Source of the DNA: Terrimicrobiaceae bacterium
GTDB taxonomy: Bacteria; Verrucomicrobiota; Verrucomicrobiia; Chthoniobacterales; Terrimicrobiaceae
Direction of reading: 5' to 3'
NCBI GenBank assembly: GCA_044342325.1
Contig: JBIIPZ010000011.1
Span: 12,253-76,252 of the forward strand
DNA: 64,000 bases
Below the pieces are notes generated by a model. It was given only the letters and a program-made list of their open reading frames with translations. It was not told the origin of the DNA and ran no database searches. This document shows positions 17,743 to 26,336 of the stretch, in pieces. Positions within the stretch are counted from its first letter, which is position 1; each line of letters opens with the position of its first letter. Position numbers and translations under genes: made by a program.

Positions 17743-20145
17743 TTAAGGAAAGTTTCCCCGCTTGGTCTCGCGGAGATAGGCATCCATCGCAGACCACGCT
17801 GCAGCGGCATCCCCCGCTTGGAGAGCGAGGATGCATCGCAACCTCAGGCCTTCCGGTTGGTTTGATTGAGCCGATTCCGCGACTTCCCGGCGCGCGGTCA
17901 CAGTGTTTCCCCTGGCGACGAAATAAGCGACACGGGCAGCGAGATCGAGTGGGGGCTGGTCCGATTGAAGGACCTCCGAAGAGAGGACAGGCAGCGAGAG
18001 ATCGATCTTGTAGCGAGCCGCTACGGCGGCGATGGCAGCGGAGTATTCCTTCTGCGCCACCATGCGACGCACACGAACAGGCCAGGCAGCGTCCTCCCAA
18101 TCCGGATTCGCACGCAGGAACTCCTCCAATTCAGACTTCGCACCGCGATTGAACCAGGAAATCAAAAATTCCCTGCGCTGCTCTGGAGTGAGCATTTTTA
18201 AAAATGTGGGATCTTTAATGGCGTCCTCCATGCGGGCGTTTGGTGAACTCGCCATCCAGACGATCTGCAAGTCTGGCGAAAGAGTCGCATACTGGCCGAG
18301 GGCCTCAAAAAGCGGCGGATGCGACCGTGATTGGGAAAGAAGGGTGCGGTAGTATTCGACAAGATTGGCATATCCCCCGCCCTGCTCGATGCGGGCGTGC
18401 TTCTTCAAGGCCTCGCGCCAGAGAGGCGCTGTGCGAGCGGGGTCGTTGCGGATCCAGAGGATTCCTTGGTCGTAGGGAATCTTGGCGCTGACAGGATTCA
18501 GTGCCCGCTCGGCTGCGAAAGCGGCATCGACGACTTGGGGGTCGCCATTGCCCGTGATTTCGCTGTAGCCGAGTTCCCTGTAGAGACCGCGCTCCATCGG
18601 GCTGAGGCTAAGCTCCGAGTGACCCAGCGCGGCTGCCTCCTGAAAGCGTCCCTCCGCATTCAGTTTTCGAATTTCCCCCACGACAATCTTGCCCCGGTAG
18701 GGCGGGAAGGGATGTTCGTGGAACCACTGGGAGCGGATGAGGATCGACCCGCCAGCGAGAAGAACCGCACCGCCGATGCCGAAAACCAAACGCTGCACAA
18801 GCCATGCACTACTTTTCTCGGTCTGAGTCGGCGAGGGATTTCCAAACGCCAACCCTGCCAGCACAAGAACCCACCATCCCAGCTCAATACGGTGAAGGGG
18901 GACATCCACAAAACCATGCAACATCGCCGCCAGCGCAGCGGCGACGACCCCCCAACGCAAAGGCCAGGAACCACCTTCTCGCAGGCGAAAAATATCCCTG
19001 ATCAACAAAGCCAGCAGTGCCAGGGCAAAGAGGAGCGCGGGAATTCCCGCCTCGGCAGCCAACATGAGCCAGTCGCTCTCAGGATGAATCGGCATAGCCT
19101 CGTCGATGCTCGCCTGCATATAGAAAGGAAACACATAGCCAAATGTCCCAAGCCCAGTTCCTGTCAGCGGGTAGTCCCGAATGATATGCAGGGTATCCAG
19201 AAAAATTTTGGACCGCAGATCACCCGCGAAAAGCCCCGCTTTGGTGCTGTCCTCCAAGCCCAAGAATTCCAGAGTGCGATTGCGCGCCTGGCCCTCGGAT
19301 ATTAGAAAAATCCACACCAGCGTGCCGGCGATGGCCAATGACGAAACCAAGAGTGGAAGCGATCTGTGGGTCCTACCAAGAGCCACCAACCACAATAGAA
19401 CGCCAATCACTAAAAAAATAACCCCGCCCCGCGAGATGGAGTAGAACAGGAGCGAATAAACGCACAGCCCCAGCGAACCCACCGCCAAGAGGAAGACGAC
19501 TGGACGGCGACTGGACCAGGCCTCGCGAATGATCCCCAGTGCCAGCACGCTCCCTGTCACCAGCAATGCCGCCGTGTGGTTTCGATTGGGGAAAAAGCCA
19601 AATTCCGGCGGCGACCATCCACGCTTGTCGAAAAACGGATACTCCCAACCCGTCGTCTTGGCGTAGATGGCAAGAGCGGCATATCCCGCGCAGGCCAGCA
19701 AGCCCAGGAGAGCGACATACACCTTCACGCCGGAGCGGACAGGATGCCCCAGCGAAAACAAGCCTGTGAGCAACGCCCCAAGCAGAAGCGCCATCCAGTA
19801 AATCGTCTCACGCGGGGCCAAGCTGATCCACGGCAAGGACGGAAAAGCCTGATACTGCAACAAGGCAAGCCTCCACTCCGGCGTTGGAAACCAAGACTGC
19901 GGCAGCAGGCTTAACGCCGAAGCTCCAAGGATCCCCGCGCAAAGCATCCAATACCGCAAAGGAACAATGCGGTTCGGCGCGAAGACAATCATGGCCAATC
20001 CCGAGCACACGAAAAAAATCCCCGTCGCGCCCTGTCTGGCACTCCCCGCCAGAAAAACGGCCGCCATCGCTCCCAGCACGAGCAACACCTGAACCAGCGC
20101 CGAGCGAAAGGGAGGATAGGGTGTGTTTTTTTGTCCGCTGGCCAT
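17743..20145 (-). CDS. O-antigen ligase (Wzy_C)-family membrane protein with helical/TPR-like C-terminus
   Basis: ~12 TM segments; FPNRNH, SRGG, GTGLGTF, HPESDWL. Confidence 0.8.
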   Translation of the reverse strand: MASGQKNTPYPPFRSALVQVLLVLGAMAAVFLAGSARQGATGIFFVCSGLAMIVFAPNRIVPLRYWMLCAGILGASALSLLPQSWFPTPEWRLALLQYQAFPSLPWISLAPRETIYWMALLLGALLTGLFSLGHPVRSGVKVYVALLGLLACAGYAALAIYAKTTGWEYPFFDKRGWSPPEFGFFPNRNHTAALLVTGSVLALGIIREAWSSRRPVVFLLAVGSLGLCVYSLLFYSISRGGVIFLVIGVLLWLVALGRTHRSLPLLVSSLAIAGTLVWIFLISEGQARNRTLEFLGLEDSTKAGLFAGDLRSKIFLDTLHIIRDYPLTGTGLGTFGYVFPFYMQASIDEAMPIHPESDWLMLAAEAGIPALLFALALLALLIRDIFRLREGGSWPLRWGVVAAALAAMLHGFVDVPLHRIELGWWVLVLAGLAFGNPSPTQTEKSSAWLVQRLVFGIGGAVLLAGGSILIRSQWFHEHPFPPYRGKIVVGEIRKLNAEGRFQEAAALGHSELSLSPMERGLYRELGYSEITGNGDPQVVDAAFAAERALNPVSAKIPYDQGILWIRNDPARTAPLWREALKKHARIEQGGGYANLVEYYRTLLSQSRSHPPLFEALGQYATLSPDLQIVWMASSPNARMEDAIKDPTFLKMLTPEQRREFLISWFNRGAKSELEEFLRANPDWEDAAWPVRVRRMVAQKEYSAAIAAVAARYKIDLSLPVLSSEVLQSDQPPLDLAARVAYFVARGNTVTARREVAESAQSNQPEGLRLRCILALQAGDAAAAWSAMDAYLRETKRGNFP

Positions 20146-20215
20146 GAAATGCGGTCAGACCGCTGAGTTGCGCATACATCACACCCGCAGGGGCATTTGC
20201 TCAAGCGGGAAAAAA

Positions 20216-20280
20216 TGTGAATAACTTGGGAAAAACTCACCCCCTCCCCACAGGGTTGTTCACATCCTCTTTGTGAATGA
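20216..20280. promoter_or_regulatory. Cluster of DnaA boxes in the divergent ligase/rsmA spacer
   Basis: TGTGAATAA 20216-20224 (perfect TTATNCACA), TTGTTCACA 20256-20264, TGTGAATGA 20272-20280, weak CTCCCCACA 20244-20252. Confidence 0.65.
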
Positions 20281-20305
20281 ACGGGAAAAAGGTTATCAAG
20301 GCGCC

Positions 20306-21628
20306 ATGACATTGAGCGACATCCAGCGATTGCTTGCGGAATTGGAAACCCACCCCACCCGCAGCCTTGGTCAGAACTTTCTGCACGACCAGAATCTGGC
20401 CCGCTCGACCGTCGCCCTTCTCGACATTCAGCCCGGCGATCACATCGTGGAAATCGGTCCCGGACTTGGCGCGCTCACGGAGTTTCTCGTGACTCCCGAA
20501 ACACGCCTCACACTCATCGAAAAAGACAGCCGCCTGATCTCGCATCTGAAGGCGAAATTCGAGCATGGAACAAACCGGGTGTTCCACGCCGATGCGTTGG
20601 AATTCGACCTTCGAGAACTCTGGGGCCACGGCCCGGTGAAGATCATCGGCAACCTGCCCTACTACATTTCCACACCCCTCATTGCAAAATACGCATCCGC
20701 CCTCTCACCCGCATCAGCACTTGTTCTCACGCTCCAGCTCGAGTTGGCACAACGACTCGGTGCGGCACACGATACGAGTGATTACGGCGCCATGACACTC
20801 TGCACAGGGCGCCGCTGGGATATCCGACTCGAACGCAAACTCCCGGCATCCGTTTTCTTTCCAAGGCCCAAAGTGGACTCTGCCGTCATCACCCTCCGCC
20901 GCAAGCCGAGAGCGAGGGTCCGCGCTATCGATGATTCGATTTTTGAAACCCTCGTGAGACGCGGATTTTCCGAACGCCGCAAGCAACTCCGCAACCTGCT
21001 TCCTGAGTTCAAAAACGACTGGGAAAAAATCACAGCCGCACTTGGCATGCCGCCCACCGTTCGCGCCGAGCAACTCAGCCCCGCTCAATGGGAGTCCCTC
21101 GCCTTCACCGCCGCACCCGCCACCGCCCAGCACGGTAACGAGTGGTTCGATGTCGTGGATGAGCAGGACCGCGTGCTGCGATCCGAGTTCCGTGATGTCA
21201 TTCATGTGAATAACTTGCTGCACCGCGCCGTCCACATGCTCCTTTTCAACGCCTCCGGAGAGCTTTACCTCCAAAAACGCTCCATCTGGAAAGACCGCAA
21301 CCCCGGGCTCTGGGACTCCTCCGCCGCCGGACATGTCGATTCCGGCGAGGACTACCTCACCGCTGCCCGCCGCGAACTCCAAGAAGAACTCGGCATCGAA
21401 GCCCCTGCCCTGACTCCCCTCACCCGCCTCACGCCGAATGAATCCAACGGCTGGGAATTCATCCAAGCCTACCAAGGCCACCACGAAGGCCCTTTTGAAC
21501 CGGCACCAATGGAAGTCGAAACCGGTGCCTTCTTCCCAATGGAAAAAATCCGCGACTGGGCCCAAAAAAGCCAAACCGACTTCAGCCCAGTCTTTCTCGA
21601 AATCCTAAAAACCCTGTCCCCTCGCTGA
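20306..21628 (+). CDS. rsmA: 16S rRNA m6,2A dimethyltransferase RsmA/KsgA fused to a C-terminal Nudix hydrolase
   Basis: LGQNFL, EIGPGLGALT, GNLPYYIS, FFPRPKVDS, RRKQL; then HRAVH and Nudix box GHVDSGEDYLTAARRELQEELG in the same frame. Confidence 0.92.
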   Translation: MTLSDIQRLLAELETHPTRSLGQNFLHDQNLARSTVALLDIQPGDHIVEIGPGLGALTEFLVTPETRLTLIEKDSRLISHLKAKFEHGTNRVFHADALEFDLRELWGHGPVKIIGNLPYYISTPLIAKYASALSPASALVLTLQLELAQRLGAAHDTSDYGAMTLCTGRRWDIRLERKLPASVFFPRPKVDSAVITLRRKPRARVRAIDDSIFETLVRRGFSERRKQLRNLLPEFKNDWEKITAALGMPPTVRAEQLSPAQWESLAFTAAPATAQHGNEWFDVVDEQDRVLRSEFRDVIHVNNLLHRAVHMLLFNASGELYLQKRSIWKDRNPGLWDSSAAGHVDSGEDYLTAARRELQEELGIEAPALTPLTRLTPNESNGWEFIQAYQGHHEGPFEPAPMEVETGAFFPMEKIRDWAQKSQTDFSPVFLEILKTLSPR

Positions 21629-21635
21629 ACCCAAA

Positions 21636-21673
21636 CGACCAAAAATTTGGACGATCGTCCAAATTTTTGGTCG
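21636..21673. repeat. Perfect 38-bp palindrome, copy 1
   Basis: cgaccaaaaatttggacga|tcgtccaaatttttggtcg. Confidence 0.95.
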
Positions 21674-21824
21674 CTATTTAGAACCAACACAGTTGCGTTT
21701 TTTTTCGTTTAAATAGGACTGGAAAAGCAGACCCAGACTAGTTTGCATGGTTTTTAGACACACAGCCCGAAACTTTCAGCTGCGCCAGCAGATTTGATTT
21801 TTTCACCTTGAGCCCAAAGCGGGT

Positions 21825-21862
21825 GAACCAAAAATTTGGACGATCGTCCAAATTTTTGGTTC
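21825..21862. repeat. Perfect 38-bp palindrome, copy 2
   Basis: gaaccaaaaatttggacga|tcgtccaaatttttggttc. Confidence 0.95.
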
Positions 21863-21892
21863 GCATAATGCGACGGCGGGGATGTGGGGGTT

Positions 21893-22987
21893 TTAGGATC
21901 TGGCGGCGAAGCTGAGGGCGTTGCCGAGGCGGGCGCGCCAGGAGAGGGGGGTGTGGCCGGCGCCGGGGATGCGTTGGATTTGGAATTCGCGGCCTTCGAC
22001 CAGGCCTTTGGAGCGGAGCGAGGAGGCGAGGAGACTGTGGTAGCCTTCGTAGCATTCGTCGATCTCCTGGTCGCCGTAGTCGAAGTGCATGCGGAGGTTT
22101 CTATCGAGGGTCGGCGTTTCTTCGAGTAGACGCAGGGCGGCGCAGTTGGACGGCAGGGCTTGTGAGATGTCCTCGAAGGAGGTGGAGAGGCAGGCGAGGC
22201 CTCCGAAAATGCCGGGATGGCGCAGTGCCGTGTGAAAGGCATGGAGCGCGCCGAGCCCCACCCCGCCAAGGATACGGGATGAGGGCGAGGCGATTGTGCG
22301 GTAGTGTTGATCCATGTGGGCAACCAGTTCTTGCGCGATGAATCGGGCATAGCCCTCGCCTCCAAGCTCAGGGGAGAGTTCGTAATCCCTGAGCGTGATG
22401 TCTTCGGGGGAAAACCCCTCGGGATGCCTCACGCCAACAATGATGGACTCCGGCATCATGCCCCGACGGGAGAGCATGGAAACCCACTCGTCGGCCGCCA
22501 GATCGATGCCTGAGGGCTGGCTGAGGGCGGGATCGAAGATGGCGTCGCCATCGTGGAGAATGATGAGCGGGAAGCGGTGCCCGGAATCGCGCGAATAGGC
22601 AGGGGGCAGCCAGATGAGGAGTTCACGGTCTTGAGCCAGAAGCCGCGACCCCATGACATCACGCGTCAGCCTGCCGCTGAAGCGGTCCTTCCAGTCTGCG
22701 ACCGTGTGTTGAAGCGTGGCGTCGAGCCATACCTCGTGAGAAGAATTGCCGGGCACATTGCCGTGGGCATCCACCGCCTCGCGCTCCCAGGATCCGCGTG
22801 TGATTTTATATTCGAAGTGTGAGCCTGTTGGCGCCTCGATTTCCCCGGTGTGGAAAGGTGACTGCCACGACAGGCGTAGCGCACGGGCGGGATCCCAGCA
22901 TCCCAGCGCCTCGCTGCTGCCGGAAATGAAAACGCCCTCGGAGGAACGGTCGACCGGGGGAACAATGCGAAAGCGAATCCTGCTCAT
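21893..22987 (-). CDS. CBM20-like starch-binding domain plus esterase-family alpha/beta hydrolase domain
   Basis: VFISGSSEALGCWDP and FEYKITRGSW (CBM20-like); IWLPPAY, HDG, GAGHTPLSW (esterase); start trimmed to MSRIRF. Confidence 0.8.
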   Translation of the reverse strand: MSRIRFRIVPPVDRSSEGVFISGSSEALGCWDPARALRLSWQSPFHTGEIEAPTGSHFEYKITRGSWEREAVDAHGNVPGNSSHEVWLDATLQHTVADWKDRFSGRLTRDVMGSRLLAQDRELLIWLPPAYSRDSGHRFPLIILHDGDAIFDPALSQPSGIDLAADEWVSMLSRRGMMPESIIVGVRHPEGFSPEDITLRDYELSPELGGEGYARFIAQELVAHMDQHYRTIASPSSRILGGVGLGALHAFHTALRHPGIFGGLACLSTSFEDISQALPSNCAALRLLEETPTLDRNLRMHFDYGDQEIDECYEGYHSLLASSLRSKGLVEGREFQIQRIPGAGHTPLSWRARLGNALSFAARS

Positions 22988-23099
22988 AGAAGAAACAATA
23001 ACCGTCTGCTTGCACATGGCAAAGGGCCTGTTTGATCGAGATTGGAATTGATCAAAAAACGCATGGACGCGGGGCATGGATTTGGCCGAGAGTGCTTAG

Positions 23100-24098
23100 A
23101 TGTCGAGTTCAGCATCCATCGAAGCGGCTGATGTCGCCGAGACGCCGGAGATGCCCATCGCCAAGGCGGGCGGCATGCGGAGTTACTACCGCGTGGCGGA
23201 AGACGCCGGCACTGTCGTGCGCTGTGAACCCCAGGATGCGCAGATCATTGTCTTCAACAGCCCGACCATCGAGGACGAGGCCGATTTGCTGGAATTCTAC
23301 AATATCGATTACCACACGCTCCACTCGTCCCTGGACCCTGATGAGCTTTCGCGTCTGGAATTTGAAACCGACCACGCGGCGATCATCTTCAAACGCCCGA
23401 AGAGCTTCTCGGCCGATGACAATTTTTTGCTCAAGCTCACCTCGACTGGTGTGTTCGTCTACGAGGACCGCATCGTGGTGGTCATGCCCGACGATGCCCC
23501 GCTTTTCGAGGGCCGCGCCCCGCTGCGGATTTTCTCGGTCCAGGATGTGATCCTCCGTCTTCTCTACCAAAGCATCAGCCATTTCGAGGGGCACCTGAAG
23601 GCTATCAACATGCTCTCCGACTCGCTCGAGCGGCGCATCATCAGCTCGATGGAGACGCGGTATTTGCTGAACATGTTCGCGCTGGAAAAAAGCCTCGTTT
23701 ACATCCTGAACGCGATACACTCGAACGCCGCGCTGTTCGACAAAATGAAGGCATCCAGCCGCCTCGGGCTTGACCACGAACAGATGCGGATTCTTGAGGA
23801 CATCATTATTGAAAACCAGCAGTGTCTGCGTCGCTCGGAAATTTACTCAGAAGTTATCGCCGGCCTCATGGACGCCCGAGCCTCCATCGTGAGCCACAAT
23901 CTCAACATCCTCATCAAGCAATTCACCATCTGGACGATCGCGATCATGCTCGCCAACTTGGTAATAGGAATTTTTTCGATGAATGTGAAACTGCCTTTGC
24001 CCATGGACGAGGCCATGTGGCCATTTTTTGTCATTAATTTCCTGGCGGTGGCATCAGGGGTTGCGATTTTCTGGATTTCAAAGATTCGAAAATGGTGA
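23100..24098 (+). CDS. corA: CorA-family divalent cation (Mg2+) transporter
   Basis: LDPDELSRLE; two C-terminal TMs with SMN (GMN-variant) signature. Confidence 0.85.
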   Translation: MSSSASIEAADVAETPEMPIAKAGGMRSYYRVAEDAGTVVRCEPQDAQIIVFNSPTIEDEADLLEFYNIDYHTLHSSLDPDELSRLEFETDHAAIIFKRPKSFSADDNFLLKLTSTGVFVYEDRIVVVMPDDAPLFEGRAPLRIFSVQDVILRLLYQSISHFEGHLKAINMLSDSLERRIISSMETRYLLNMFALEKSLVYILNAIHSNAALFDKMKASSRLGLDHEQMRILEDIIIENQQCLRRSEIYSEVIAGLMDARASIVSHNLNILIKQFTIWTIAIMLANLVIGIFSMNVKLPLPMDEAMWPFFVINFLAVASGVAIFWISKIRKW

Positions 24099-25162
24099 CA
24101 CGCCTCCCCCTCTTTGCCGTGCTGGCACTCCTTCACTTCACGACCTCTCTTTTCGCGGCCCAACAAAATTTACGCGTCGGAGTCGCTGGGCAACCGCCGT
24201 TTATCAATGCGGAAAGCACTCCAACTGGAGCAGCGGTGGATATCTGGGAGAAGATCGCGGCGGCAAATGGCTGGGGCTTCGACTACACCCGCTTCGATAG
24301 TATAGAAAGTGGACTCCAAGCTATTACGGACGGATCGGTCGATATTCTTGTCGGAAATGCTCCAATCAACAAGGACAACCTCGCCCGCGTTGAGTTTTCC
24401 CAGCCCTTCTTCCACTCCGGCCTTCAAATCCTCACCACCGACAACCAGAAAACCATTCAATCCCGGCTATTTAGCGACATCAAAGACCTGATGAAGCTGG
24501 AAATCTTCTGGGTGATTCTGGGCGGCATAATCATACTTACAACGGCTGTTTTTTTCTTTGAACGAAAACATAATGCAGATTTTCCAAAGGGACGCAAGGA
24601 AGGGATTGCGGAGGCTTTTTACTATGTCATGACCTTGGCTTTGACGGGAAAATCGGTTTACAAGGGATTCCCAGGTGTTTTGGGCAGGATGGTGCTGCTG
24701 CTGTGGGTTTTGCTCGGAATCATCTCGGTCGCCTATGTCACATCCAGCATCACCAGCGCTATGACGGTCGAGAAGTTATCAAACACGATCGAGAACCCGC
24801 GCGACCTCCAGCGCAAGACTGTGGCTGTGTTAGCCGATTCGCCGGCGGAAGTTTTTGTCAAAAATGCGGGTATCGATGAAATTCCAGTAAATAATATCCA
24901 GGACGCTGTAAAAGAGTTACTTGCAAAGCATGCGAACGCAGTCGTGGCGGATGCCGCCGTGCTGCAATCCTTCGACTTCAATAACCCAAGACTTCCTCTG
25001 CGCGTTGTGGGCCGGGTTTTCCAAGTCGAGAACTACGGCTTCGCCATGCCGATCGGTAGCCCGCTGAGAATGCCGCTGAATCGTGAACTGGCAAAGATGC
25101 AGGAATCCCAACAAATTCATACGATCCTCGCCGGATACTTCGGCGAGGCCAATGTGCAATAA
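24092..25162 (+). CDS. Split substrate-binding domain plus pore module (GluR0-like ligand-gated channel)
   Basis: Signal peptide, S1 (PPF, VEFSQPF), TM1 (FFERKHN), re-entrant helix, TM2 (AYVTSSITSAMT), S2 (ENYGFA, LNREL). Confidence 0.8.
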   Translation: MVTRLPLFAVLALLHFTTSLFAAQQNLRVGVAGQPPFINAESTPTGAAVDIWEKIAAANGWGFDYTRFDSIESGLQAITDGSVDILVGNAPINKDNLARVEFSQPFFHSGLQILTTDNQKTIQSRLFSDIKDLMKLEIFWVILGGIIILTTAVFFFERKHNADFPKGRKEGIAEAFYYVMTLALTGKSVYKGFPGVLGRMVLLLWVLLGIISVAYVTSSITSAMTVEKLSNTIENPRDLQRKTVAVLADSPAEVFVKNAGIDEIPVNNIQDAVKELLAKHANAVVADAAVLQSFDFNNPRLPLRVVGRVFQVENYGFAMPIGSPLRMPLNRELAKMQESQQIHTILAGYFGEANVQ

Positions 25163-25187
25163 CATTGCCCCCAGACGGAGCAGTCTC

Positions 25188-25727
25188 TCAGAGGATTCCG
25201 AGCTTCATTTTACCCGCTTCACTGATCATGGACTGGTTCCATGCGGGATCCCAAACGAGCTCGACATCGGCCTCGTCGATTCCTTCAAGGGCGAGGATTT
25301 TGCTGCGCGCATCGGCTGCGATCGTCGGGCCCATGCCGCAACCTGGAGCAGTGAGAGTCATTTTCACAAGAACGGATGTGGTTCCATTTTCTTGCGTCCG
25401 GACATCGCAATCGTAGATGAGGCCGAGGTCCACGACATTGACGGGAATCTCGGGATCGAAAACCAATTTGAGCTGATTCCAAACCGCCTCTTGCTTGCTG
25501 CCTTCCACCTTCACCTTTTCGATACCCTTGGCTGGATCCAGCCCGAGCGCATCGGCATCCTTTAGATCAATACGGGCCAAGCCACCGGGAGTCGCCACAG
25601 TGAATGTGCCGCCCAGAGATTGAGTGATGACCACCTCCATGCCCGCAGGCAGAACGATGGGATGACCGCTTGGAATTTGCACCGCGTCGCAATCGCGGCT
25701 GAGTGTGATTTCGCCTTGTGTGTCCAT
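25188..25727 (-). CDS. sufT: Fe-S cluster assembly protein SufT (PaaD/DUF59)
   Basis: ITQSLGG, DPEIPVNVVDLGLIY, TLTAPGCGMG, VWDPAW. Confidence 0.9.
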   Translation of the reverse strand: MDTQGEITLSRDCDAVQIPSGHPIVLPAGMEVVITQSLGGTFTVATPGGLARIDLKDADALGLDPAKGIEKVKVEGSKQEAVWNQLKLVFDPEIPVNVVDLGLIYDCDVRTQENGTTSVLVKMTLTAPGCGMGPTIAADARSKILALEGIDEADVELVWDPAWNQSMISEAGKMKLGIL

Positions 25728-25823
25728 TGCCGATGACTCGTATTTGCCCGCGAAGCCCGTGTCGAGGGGATTTTCCGCTTGATCACGCGGCTTGTGGCAC
25801 CGATGATTCAGGCTCTGCGCACC

Positions 25824-25905
25824 GCTCGGGTGGCGAAATTGGCAGACGCGCCAGACTTAGGATCTGGTTCCGCAAGGAATGTGGGTTCGAGTCCCACCCC
25901 GAGCA
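25824..25905 (+). tRNA. tRNA-Leu (TAG), CCA not encoded
   Basis: Acceptor GCTCGGG/CCCGAGC, D-loop TTGGCAGAC, anticodon arm CCAGA-CTTAGGA-TCTGG, long variable arm, T-loop GTTCGAGTC. Confidence 0.97.
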
Positions 25906-25959
25906 CTCCCCGCCCCCTTCCATTGGCGAGTCCGATGGATTCAGCGTTCGCGGGTGGGT

Positions 25960-26336
25960 CAAGATTTTATTTGTGACAGATGAAACTTTTTTCCACCTTC
26001 AAAGGTGACTTTTTTCTTGAGGGGGGTGGGATGGAATTTTATTCTCAGGCCGCTGGCAAGGACAACAACTGCCAGTCTGTGTATAACTTGTGAATAACTC
26101 GACCTCGTCTATGGAAACCCTTGAGCGCTATCCAGCGTGCGCTGATGCAGGGGCATCGGGGAGGTTTGTGGCCGGAAAAATTCACATTATCGCAAGTTGC
26201 CTTTACTCAGTATTTAATTCTTCAGAAAAACGGACTCTCTCTACCTCCAATAACGAATGGTCGAGCCGATTGACCAGATTTTTTGCAACCTTCAGCCCAG
26301 CTATTGCCAATTTTGCCTTTGGCGAATAAGACACCC
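25960..26336. other. Candidate oriC / dnaA promoter region
   Basis: Tandem perfect DnaA boxes TGTGTATAA 26078-26086 and TGTGAATAA 26089-26097; AT-rich tract ~26200-26230; directly upstream of dnaA. Confidence 0.65.

Noticed and set aside
21636..21862. CRISPR mini-array from the two 38-bp repeats
   Set aside because: The 151-bp interval is too long for a spacer, the repeats are fully palindromic, and no cas genes are present
25824..25960. Integrative element at tRNA-Leu
   Set aside because: No integrase and no duplicated tRNA 3' end seen in the window
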